Assembly: GCA_951406725.2 (NCBI GenBank)
Contig: OX597841.1
Coordinates: 4,030,001 to 4,094,000, forward strand
DNA: 64,000 nucleotides
Direction: 5' to 3'
Source of the DNA: Octopus vulgaris
Lineage: Eukaryota
Part shown: one piece after another, positions 1 to 11,567 of the stretch
Layout: every line of letters begins with the position of its first letter
Numbering within the stretch: position 1 is the stretch's first letter
Notes under the pieces: generated by a model
What the model was told of the DNA's origin: nothing
Seen by the model: the letters and a program-made list of their open reading frames with translations, nothing else
Databases searched by the model: none
Made by a program: the position numbers and the translations under genes

Positions 1-2439
1 CGTCACCAGAAAGGCTCGACACCGTCACGGTGCCCTTAACCTGCAAAGGGAGGTAATTCCCCGATGAAGCGGAAACCACACACGGACCATGGTTTCAAGG
101 TGTATTGCCTATCATCGGCGTGTGGTAGGCCTCCGCTTCCTCGACGAACTCTCACTCTGCAGGATTTTCTTATATAGATTTTCAAGCAAAATACATTTGC
201 TGATTTCGAAAATCTGTTCGAAAGCAATAATAATTCTCTAAAAGGGATATAGACAGTAACTGCTCGATAACATAAGGGACTAAAGCCATCTGAATATGGC
301 TAGGGACAGGGCAGGGTGGTGGGGGTGTTACTGTTGCATTTAGCCCCAGGCGAACATCGACGTCACCAGAAAGGCTCGACACCGTCACGGTGCCCTTAAC
401 CTGCAAAGGGAGGTAATTCCCCGATGAAGCGGAAACCACACACGGACCATGGTTTCAAGGTGTATTGCCTATCATCGGCGTGTGGTAGGCCTCCGCTTCC
501 TCGACGAACTCTCACTCTGCAGGATTTTCTTATATAGATTTTCAAGCAAAATACATTTGCTGATTTCGAAAATCTGTTCGAAAGCAATAATAATTCTCTA
601 AAAGGGATATAGACAGTAACTGCTCGATAACATAAGGGACTAAAGCCATCTGAATATGGCTAGGGACAGGGCAGGGTGGTGGGGGTGTTACTGTTGCATT
701 TAGCCCCAGGCGAACATCGACGTCACCAGAAAGGCTCGACACCGTCACGGTGCCCTTAACCTGCAAAGGGAGGTAATTCCCCGATGAAGCGGAAACCACA
801 CACGGACCATGGTTTCAAGGTGTATTGCCTATCATCGGCGTGTGGTAGGCCTCCGCTTCCTCGACGAACTCTCACTCTGCAGGATTTTCTTATATAGATT
901 TTCAAGCAAAATACATTTGCTGATTTCGAAAATCTGTTCGAAAGCAATAATAATTCTCTAAAAGGGATATAGACAGTAACTGCTCGATAACATAAGGGAC
1001 TAAAGCCATCTGAATATGGCTAGGGACAGGGCAGGGTGGTGGGGGTGTTACTGTTGCATTTAGCCCCAGGCGAACATCGACGTCACCAGAAAGGCTCGAC
1101 ACCGTCACGGTGCCCTTAACCTGCAAAGGAGGTAATTCCCCGATGAAGCGGAAACCACACACGGACCATGGTTTCAAGGTGTATTGCCTATCATCGGCGT
1201 GTGGTAGGCCTCCGCTTCCTCGACGAACTCTCACTCTGCAGGATTTTCTTATATAGATTTTCAAGCAAAATACATTTGCTGATTTCGAAAATCTGTTCGA
1301 AAGCAATAATAATTCTCTAAAAGGGATATAGACAGTAACTGCTCGATAACATAAGGGACTAAAGCCATCTGAATATGGCTAGGGACAGGGCAGGGTGGTG
1401 GGGGTGTTACTGTTGCATTTAGCCCCAGGCGAACATCGACGTCACCAGAAAGGCTCGACACCGTCACGGTGCCCTTAACCTGCAAAGGGAGGTAATTCCC
1501 CGATGAAGCGGAAACCACACACGGACCATGGTTTCAAGGTGTATTGCCTATCATCGGCGTGTGGTAGGCCTCCGCTTCCTCGACGAACTCTCACTCTGCA
1601 GGATTTTCTTATATAGATTTTCAAGCAAAATACATTTGCTGATTTCGAAAATCTGTTCGAAAGCAATAATAATTCTCTAAAAGGGATATAGACAGTAACT
1701 GCTCGATAACATAAGGGACCAAAGCCATCTGAATATGGCTAGGGACAGGGCAGGGTGGTGGGGGTGTTACTGTTGCATTTAGCCCCAGGCGAACATCGAC
1801 GTCACCAGAAAGGCTCGACACCGTCACGGTGCCCTTAACCTGCAAAGGGAGGTAATTCCCCGATGAAGCGGAAACCACACACGGACCATGGTTTCAAGGT
1901 GTATTGCCTATCATCGGCGTGTGGTAGGCCTCCGCTTCCTCGACGAACTCTCACTCTGCAGGATTTTTATATAGATTTTCAAGCAAAATACATTTGCTGA
2001 TTTCGAAAATCTGTTCGAAAGCAATAATAATTCTCAAAAGGGATATAGACAGTAACTGCTCGATAACATAAGGGACTAAAGCCATCTGAATATGGCTAGG
2101 GACAGGGCAGGGTGGTGGGGGTGTTACTGTTGCATTTAGCCCCAGGCGAACATCGACGTCACCAGAAAGGCTCGACACCGTCACGGTGCCCTTAACCTGC
2201 AAAAGGGAGGTAATTCCCCGATGAAGCGGAAACCACACACGGACCATGGTTTCAAGGTGTATTGCCTATCATCGGCGTGTGGTAGGCCTCCGCTTCCTCG
2301 ACGAACTCTCACTCTGCAGGATTTTCTTATATAGATTTTCAAGCAAAATACATTTGCTGATTTCGAAAATCTGTTCGAAAGCAATAATAATTCTCTAAAA
2401 GGGATATAGACAGTAACTGCTCGATAACATAAGGGACTA
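1..2439 (-). repeat. 360-bp tandem array, left arm (~6.8 units, runs off window start); one hammerhead per unit on the minus strand; retrozyme/Penelope-like
   Basis: The lines starting at 1, 361 and 721 are identical, giving a period of 360. Later units differ only by a few 1-nt indels or substitutions (e.g. ~1128, 1720, ~1965, ~2036). Confidence 0.97.
79..124 (-). ncRNA. Minimal type I hammerhead motif in array unit (also 439-484, 799-844, 1158-1203, 1518-1563, 1878-1923, 2236-2281)
   Basis: Minus strand reads CACACG CCGATGA T-AGG-CAATACA-CCT-T GAAA CCATGG TC CGTGTG: stem I, U4C core, stem II, GAAA, palindromic stem III, GUC cleavage triplet. Confidence 0.8.
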
Positions 2440-3537
2440 TTAGAGAATTATTATTGCTTTCGAACAGATTTTCGAAATCAGCAAATGTATTTTGCTTGAA
2501 AATCTATATAAGAAAATCCTGCAGAGTGAGAGTTCGTCGAGGAAGCGGAGGCCTACCACACGCCGATGATAGGCAATACACCTTGAAACCATGGTCCGTG
2601 TGTGGTTTCCGCTTCATCGGGGAATTACCTCCCTTTGCAGGTTAAGGGCACCGTGACGGTGTCGAGCCTTTCTGGTGACGTCGATGTTCGCCTGGGGCTA
2701 AATGCAACAGTAACACCCCCACCACCCTGCCCTGTCCCTAGCCATATTCAGATGGCTTTAGTCCCTTATGTTATCGAGCAGTTACTGTCTATATCCCTTT
2801 TAGAGAATTATTATTGCTTTCGAACAGATTTTCGAAATCAGCAAATGTATTTTGCTTGAAAATCTATATAAGAAAATCCTGCAGAGTGAGAGTTCGTCGA
2901 GGAAGCGGAGGCCTACCACACGCCGATGATAGGCAATACACCTTGAAACCATGGTCCGTGTGTGGTTTCCGCTTCATCGGGGAATTACCTCCCTTTGCAG
3001 GTTAAGGGCACCGTGACGGTGTCGAGCCTTTCTGGTGACGTCGATGTTCGCCTGGGGCTAAATGCAACAGTAACACCCCCACCACCCTGCCCTGTCCCTA
3101 GCCATATTCAGATGGCTTTAGTCCCTTATGTTATCGAGCAGTTACTGTCTATATCCCTTTTAGAAGAATTATTATTGCTTTCGAACAGATTTTCGAAATC
3201 AGCAAATGTATTTTGCTTGAAAATCTATATAAGAAAATCCTGCAGAGTGAGAATTCGTCGAGGAAGCGGAGGCCTACCACACGCCGATGATAGGCAATAC
3301 ACCTTGAAACCATGGTCCGTGTGTGGTTTCCGCTTCATCGGGGAATTACCTCCCTTTGCAGGTTAAGGGCACCGTGACGGTGTCGAGCCTTTCTGGTGAC
3401 GTCGATGTTCGCCTGGGGCTAAATGCAACAGTAACACCCCCACCACCCTGCCCTGTCCCTAGCCATATTCAGATGGCTTTAGTCCCTTATGTTATCGAGC
3501 AGTTACTGTCTATATCCCTTTTAGAGAATTATTATTG

Positions 3538-3538
<1 letters not shown>
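2440..3538 (+). repeat. 360-bp tandem array, right (inverted) arm: 3 units plus 18 nt of terminal redundancy, ending in (TA)n
   Basis: Reverse complement of the left arm. It starts and ends with TTAGAGAATTATTATTGC and is followed directly by (TA)n at 3539. Confidence 0.97.
2557..2602 (+). ncRNA. Minimal type I hammerhead motif in inverted arm (also 2917-2962, 3278-3323); predicted cut 2596|2597
   Basis: cacacg ccgatga taggcaatacacctt gaaa ccatgg tc cgtgtg. Stem I extends through internal loops from 2518 to 2641 (gaagcgga/tccgcttc, cctgcagag/ctttgcagg). Confidence 0.8.
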
Positions 3539-3600
<62 letters not shown>

Positions 3601-3606
<6 letters not shown>

Positions 3607-3771
3607 TACGACGGGCTTCTTTCAGTGTCCGTCTACCAAATCCACTCACAAGGCACTGGTCGGCCCGGGGCTATAGTAGAAGACACTTGCCCAAGATGCC
3701 ACGCAGTGGGACTGAACCCGGAACCATGTGGTTGGTTAGCAAGCTACTTACCACACAGCCACTCCTGCGCC
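3601..3771 (-). mobile_element. tRNA-derived SINE family A, 5' half only
   Basis: Reverse complement of GGCGCAGGAGTGGCTGTGTGGTAAG...GGTTCAGTCCC (A/B boxes), shared with about 18 other copies in the window. Confidence 0.9.
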
Positions 3772-4449
3772 TATTGGATATTATTATTAATATTTTTGTT
3801 GATTTTCTTTGTGGTTTTAAATATTTTCTTTCCTTCTCTGGTTTTCCATTTTATTTTGTCTTCTGAATTTCTCTTTCTTTTTGTCTTTTCTTTTGTCTCC
3901 GATCTATAGTTCCAATTCAATTGTCCGGCTTTTTTTTTTTTTGTTGTCCTCCATCTATTTGATTTGCACACAAACTATTCAACTGAGTCTTTCGACCATT
4001 TATCTATAACTTTTATTTGTTTTTTTTTTTTTTTTAAATTTCGCTTTGCATCTTTGAACCTTTTGTCTCGTCACATCCAATTGTTATCATTTTCTTTCTT
4101 TCAATAATTCCTTTGAATTGTTCTTGTTCTTGTTCTTTTGAACAATTTTCAAATGTTTGCAAAGTTACTTTCATTAATTCATCACTAATTCATCATCTGC
4201 GTTCTCAATCGTTCATCGCCTCTCTCCTCCCATCAACTGTAACTGTATTTTTGTTTTTTAATTCCCCATTGTCTATTTTGCCCCGACCCATTCACTCCTT
4301 ATCTGTCTTTTAAACAGTTCCTTGTATGCATTTCCCAACCACTCATCGTCTGCGTCTTTCAATCTCACATCATTTATCGCTCGTGAATTTGCAGTCACTT
4401 GATGTTTGTTTCTCTTTAATTATTCAATAACAAATCATTATTTTTCAAT

Positions 4450-4586
4450 CATTAATCGCCTGCATTTCTCAGTCATTAATCGCCTGCATTTCTCAGTCAT
4501 TAATCGCCTGCATTTCTCAGTCATTAATCGCCTGCATTTCTCAGTCATTAATCGCCTGCATTTCTTAGTCATTAATCGCCTGCATT
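4450..4586. repeat. 24-bp minisatellite (cattaatcgcctgcatttctcagt), ~6 copies
   Basis: Direct tandem copies visible in the sequence. Confidence 0.9.
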
Positions 4587-4915
4587 TATTTCTCAGTCAT
4601 TTATTATATCCATTTTTCACTAATTCACTGCCTGCGTCTTTCAACCATTCGTCTTCTGCGCTTCTCAATCAGTTGTCGTCTGTCTCTTTCAATCCTTCAA
4701 TGTCTTTGTTTTTTAATCACTCTAAATCAGTATTTTTAACTGTTTGTTGCCAGTCTATTGCAATAGCTCATTGTATGCGCTTTCCAATCTCACAGCGTAT
4801 TTTCACATCGCCGTGGGTTTCAATTTCTTAACGAGTGCCAAGTAGAATGCTTTGTCGCATTTGTTCCAGTTCTTGCGCTCTGATTCTAACGCCGAGATCA
4901 ATGTTACCATACATC

Positions 4916-5139
4916 CTCTTTCTCTTTTCTCTTTTTACTTGTTTCAGTCATTTTGACCGCGGCTGTGCTGGAGCACCGCCTTTAATCGAGCAACTCGACC
5001 CTGGGACTTATTCTTTGTAAGCCCAGTACTTATTCTATCGGTCTCTTTTTACCGAACCGCTAGTTGACGGGGACATAAACACACCAGCATCGGCTGTCAG
5101 ACAATGCTAGGGGGACAAGCACAGACACACAAACATACA

Positions 5140-5183
<44 letters not shown>

Positions 5184-5348
5184 TACGACGGGCTTCTTTC
5201 AGTTTCCGTCTACCAAATCCACTCACAAGGCTTTGGTCGGCCCGAGGCTACAGTAGAAGACACTTGCCCAAGGTGCCACGCAGTAGGACTGAACACGGAA
5301 CCATGTGGTTGGTAAGCAAGCTACTTACCACACAGCCACTCCTGCGCC
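4916..5348 (-). mobile_element. SINE family A, full length (tRNA head, internal TA/TG microsatellite, AGTAAA-type tail)
   Basis: Matches the other family A copies end to end. Confidence 0.92.
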
Positions 5349-5889
5349 TATCCCTTCCAAGTTGATATATAAAAAATAATAGTCAAGTACCAGGATTAAT
5401 TTCAAGCCTCACTCTTTTGAAATAAACAACGTGGAGGACCAAGAAGGGAAAGTTTACATCATGGCTTCACTAATCGTTTCACCTTCTCTCTGTTGACTCG
5501 ACAAGAAGAAAGAACCTTCATTCATCGTTATTATTTTTCGACCATTCACTGTCTGTAGTTAGCGGATTTTGAAAATGATTTTTCCGACTATTTTTTTTAG
5601 TCACTCAACGTCTTTGCATTCCAAATATTTTCTGTGATTATTTTTGCTTTGTGTAATAATTCATCTTTTATGTTTGGGTTTGTCTCTGACTGTCTTTCGC
5701 TTTCTTCAGCTATTTCTCTGGCGTGTCTTCGTTCAACCATTGTCTTTTTCAATCACACGTTGTATTTATTTTTTCGTTCTTAGTTGGTGTCTTATCATTA
5801 CTTATTAGGGGCGATTTTCTTTTTTATACTTATTTTACTTTCTATCGATGGAAAACTTGTGAAGCCGTCCTCTAGTTATATGGTCCATA

Positions 5890-6102
5890 GGAGGTGCAAT
5901 GGCCCAGTGGTTAGGGAAGCGGACTCGCGGTCATAGGATCGCGGTTTCGATTCCCAGACCGGGCGTTGTGAGTGTTTATTGAGTGAAAACACCTAAAAGC
6001 TCCACGAGGCTCCGGCAGGGGATGGTGGTGAACCCTGCTGTACTCTTTCACCACAACTTTCTCTCACTCTTACTTCCTGTTTCTGTTGTACCTGTATTTC
6101 AA
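5890..6102 (+). mobile_element. tRNA-derived SINE family C
   Basis: GGAGGTGCAATGGCCCAGTGGTTAGG...GGTTTCGATTCCC A/B boxes; homologous to 56992-57252. Confidence 0.85.
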
Positions 6103-6103
6103 G

Positions 6104-6208
6104 GAGGCTATAGTAGAAGACACTTGCCCAAGGTGCCACGCAGTAGGACTGAACCCGGAACCATGTGGTTGGTTAGCAAGCTGCTTACCACACAGCCACT
6201 CCTGCGCC
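6104..6208 (-). mobile_element. SINE family A head fragment
   Basis: Sequence identity to the family A 5' end. Confidence 0.85.
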
Positions 6209-6444
6209 TATTCACAAAAAGAATAAAAAGTACTTCGGAATAGAATGAAGTGGTTCATTATTGTGAATGCAAAACCCACGTTAGAGAACATTTCTTCAGA
6301 TTCACACGTTTCTTTCCATAGTTCAAGAACACTTTCCAAAAGACGTCCATCACCATGTGTTAGTAGATCGATATACGTTTCTTTATCAATGGTTTTATAT
6401 TTTCGTTCGTAGCTTGATACTCTTAGTTTAAGTAATTCAATTTC

Positions 6445-6861
6445 TATTTCTTTACTACCCACAAGGGGCTAAACATAGAGGGGACAAACAAAGACAGACA
6501 AAGGGATTAAGTCGATTATATCGACCCCAGTGCGTAACTGGTACTTATTTAATCGACCCCGAAAGGATGAAAGGCAAAGTCGACCTCGGCGGAATTTGAA
6601 CTCAGAACGTAGCGGCAGACGAAATACCTATTTCTTTACTACCCACAAGGGGCTAAACACAGAGGGGACGAACAAGGACAGACAAACGGAGTAAGTCGAT
6701 TACATCGACCCAGTGCGTGACTGGTACTTATTTAATCGACCCTCGAAAGGATGAAAGGCAAAGTCGACCTCGGCGGAATTTGAACTCAGAACGCAACGGC
6801 AGACGAAATACCGCTAAGCATTTCGCCCGGCGTGCTCAAGTTTCTGCCAGCTCACCGCCTT
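6445..6861 (-). mobile_element. SINE family B (head plus tandemly repeated ~180-bp body)
   Basis: Reverse complement of AAGGCGG(C/T)GAGCTGGCAGAA...GAGTTCAAATTCC...GCCTTTCATCCTTTCG.GGGTCGAT, with two body units. Confidence 0.9.
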
Positions 6862-7450
6862 ATAACGGAATAGATACCGTAGGCATCCCGCCCAACATTA
6901 TAATAATCTTAACAGAATACACACCTCATTGTATAGTATATATACTTTAACATGACAATACACCAGCACTCTTATACAAATAGCGATCACACACGATCAT
7001 ACAAAAACATTCAAATATATGTTGGTGTGTGTAAGCGAAGTATACATAATTGAATAAGCCATGTTTGTGGATATAAATTTGAATATTCAGTATATACGTA
7101 TAGTATAATTATCTGTGCGTGCATTTAGTCGTATTCGTATGTGATATTTGTGTATATATAGACCTGTGATGTTTGTGTATATATAGACCTGTTGTTATAG
7201 TATGTGCGTATAAGTGAGTATGCTACTGTGCTTTCACAGCGTATTCGTGTGTGTGTATATGACTGGGTTTAATGAGTGTGGCCTGTGTTTGTTATGCGCC
7301 TTTTAGTCGAGCAAATCGGCCCCATAACTTATTCTTTCTAAGCCTAGTATTTATCCTATCGGTCGCTTTCTGCCGAACCGATAGGTTATGGAGACGTAAA
7401 TACACCAGCACCGGTTGTTAAGTTTGGGGTGATAAACATACACATGCATA

Positions 7451-7486
<36 letters not shown>

Positions 7487-7562
7487 GCATCCAATAATAC
7501 TATACTTGTTCCACGTCCTCGCGTTGTTGTGTTTTCTCTTGGTGTTTTCATGTTTGGATTAA

Positions 7563-7611
<49 letters not shown>

Positions 7612-7934
7612 CACACACACACACACACACGCACACACATATGAGTGAGTTTAATGAGTGTGGCCTGTGTTTGTTATGCGGCAGGCAGACTAACTGCCTC
7701 ACCGAGTGAGAAGAGAAATGCAACGATGTGGAAACGAGAGAGATTCACCGATGAAAAGTCACGGTTGAAATCAGTTCGATCCTGCGCAAAGTATAACAAA
7801 TCAAAACTAAATTGTGCATTTGAGGGGAAAGACATTGTGGTGAATCACTGGATGAACTGGGTAGGGTATTGTGGGTGGGTGCAAGTTATAGAGACAGGGA
7901 AGGGGCCCCTGATTCGCGAAATGTTAGCCTGAGA

Positions 7935-9120
<1,186 letters not shown>

Positions 9121-9122
9121 TA

Positions 9123-9357
9123 TTCTTTTATACTTTTATTTGTCTCACTCATTTGACTGTGGCCATGCTGGAGCATCGCCTTTTAGTCGAGCAAATCGAC
9201 CCCAGATCTTATTCTTTTTAAGCCTAGTATTTATTCTCTCGGTCTCTTTCTGCCGAGACGTAAATACACCAGCAACGGTTATTTTAAGTTGGGGTGACAA
9301 ACACACACACACACATGCATATGCATACATTCACACACACACACACAAATATATATA

Positions 9358-9393
<36 letters not shown>

Positions 9394-9640
9394 TGTATGT
9401 ATGTATGTATATATATATATATATATATGCATGTATATGTATATATATATACATACATACATACATATATATATATATATACGACGGGCTTCTTTCAATT
9501 TCCGTCTACCAAATCCACTCACAAGGTTTTGGTCGGCCCGAGGCTATAGTAGAAGGCACTTGCCCAAGTGGCCACGCAGTGGCACTGAACCCGGAACCAT
9601 GTGGTTGGTAAGCAAGCTACTTACCACACAGCCACGCCTA
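9123..9640 (-). mobile_element. SINE family A, diverged, with expanded internal microsatellite
   Basis: Homology to family A at both ends. Confidence 0.88.
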
Positions 9641-9675
9641 CGTCTGTATATATATACATACATATACATACATAC

Positions 9676-9708
<33 letters not shown>

Positions 9709-10006
9709 CGTATGTATGTATATGTATATATATACATACTTATATATATACTATATATATACACATACATATACATATATATAACTTAAAAATAAGACAA
9801 AATCTTTGGAAGAATTTATCAAGTAGTTAGCATGAAAAACTCATAAGGGAAAAAATTTAAATATATTTATTTTTATTTATATTAAGGGCATTCCTATACA
9901 TGTCAACGCACATTGAGAGACAGTTTTGTGCTTTTTCATGGGCTCCTAAGGAGCGTTTTGTTCGAATACCTTGCTGCGCATTTGTTTCGGATTTTTAAAT
10001 TCCTGG

Positions 10007-10092
10007 ATTTTCCTGAAGAGAAAGCTGCTAAATGGTCTCCTTATTCAATCCGAATTTGGAAATTTGCGGCCTTTGAAACATGTGTAGAAAAT
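10007..10092 (+). ncRNA. Type I hammerhead motif with long stem II
   Basis: ATTTTC CTGAAGA gaaagctgc...gcggccttt GAAA CATGTG TA GAAAAT; homologue at 16187-16272. Confidence 0.7.
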
Positions 10093-10297
10093 AATAAAAG
10101 GAATTCTGTAGCATCTTCATTCAGCTCCATTTCTTCCCTTCACTAAATATATTAAACTTCAATTATCCGCGCTAAGGCATGGTTGCGACACCCCAAAGGT
10201 CGTAACTTCAACCGTGTTTTTTCTGTTGTGATTTTTGCTACCCAGGTATCGGTTAAATTTTGAATAATCCTTAACAAGATAATTCATTTATCCATTT

Positions 10298-10351
<54 letters not shown>

Positions 10352-10356
<5 letters not shown>

Positions 10357-11207
10357 AAAAAAGGTTTGAAAATGCAATTTAAACGATGTTTATTTACTTA
10401 ACCGGTTTCACTCTTTGGTAAAAGATTGTCAAAAGTTACATTTAAGGAAACATTGAATAATATGGGTTCAAAAAAAGTTTTTACATAATTGTCACATTGA
10501 ATATTATGCATTCAAAAAAGTTTTTTACATAATTGTCACATTGGATATTATGAATTCAAAAATGTTTTTATACATAATTGTCACATTACATGTATAAATA
10601 TAGTGTTTGGTAACAGAGAAGTTCAATAGTGTGATGAGAATATTTGGGAAAATTTGGCAGAAAAGGATAAAACAAATATATTATTGGGAATTGGTTGCGT
10701 TAATTATTGGTTGTCGCAAATTGTCACATTACATGTATATATATACAATCTTTGGTATATATATACAGCGTTTTGCTGTCAAAACGCTGTATATATATAC
10801 CAAAGATTGTATATATATACATGTAATGTGACAATTTGCGACAATAATAATTAACGCAACCAATTCCCAATAATATATTTGTTTTATCCTTTTCTGCCAA
10901 ATTTTCCCAAATATTCTCATCACACTATTGAACTTCTCTGTTACCAAACACTATATTTATACATGTAATGTGACAATTATGTATAAAAAAACATTTTTGA
11001 ATTCATAATATCCAATGTGACAATTATGTAAAAAACTTTTTTGAATGCATAATATTCAATGTGACAATTATGTAAAAAACTTTTTTGAACCCATATTATT
11101 CAATGTTTCCTTAAATGTAACTTTTGACAATCTTTTACCAAAGAGTGAAACCGGTTAAGTAAATAAACATCGTTTAAATTGCATTTTCAAACCTTTTTTC
11201 TTATATA
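10352..11207. repeat. ~855-bp near-perfect palindrome (4-nt loop at 10776-10779) between (TA)n tracts
   Basis: The arms are reverse complements; the centre reads cagcgttttg-ctgt-caaaacgctg. Confidence 0.95.
11120..11160 (+). ncRNA. Hammerhead motif, U3-A8 core variant (mirror copy at 10396-10436, minus strand)
   Basis: ACTT TTGACAA TCTTT-TACC-AAAGA-GT GAAA CCGG TT AAGT. Confidence 0.6.
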
Positions 11208-11237
11208 ATCCCACTCGTGCGATACCCCACAACTCAA

Positions 11238-11281
<44 letters not shown>

Positions 11282-11567
11282 GGTTAGTTGAGTAAGAGTT
11301 TAAAATAACCGCCTAAGGGATAAAAGTATCCATTACACCATGGTATATTACCTATGTCTAACCATGGACATATATATGGAAACATATTTTGCTCATAAAT
11401 TATGGGTAAAGACAAGGATATACATGGGTTTATCAAGAACCAAAATTTCAAGAAAACAGAAAATTGAGAAATATTGATGAACAACAATTGACTTACATCA
11501 ATTATTATTATTAATTCATTGCTAATAGACTGCATCACATCAAACAGCTGTTTCCGCTTCCTATATT

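Noticed and set aside
2630-2710. HDV-like or twister fold around GGGGCTAAATGCAA
   Set aside because: The J4/2-like GGCTAA is present, but the L3/P1.1 consensus is absent and the putative P2 is not kept in the homologue. Twister core motifs are missing.
1-3538. CRISPR array, 5S rRNA, snRNA or spliced-leader RNA cluster
   Set aside because: There are no unique spacers and I recognise no 5S, U snRNA or SL sequence.
36-3676. Repeated 63- and 85-aa ORFs in the 360-bp array
   Set aside because: They have non-ATG starts, no recognisable domain and indels between units, and are not evidently preserved in the 40.5-kb homologue, where RNA pairing is what is conserved.
5890-5962. tRNA genes at SINE heads
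   Set aside because: A/B boxes are present but continue into SINE bodies with no proper acceptor stem.
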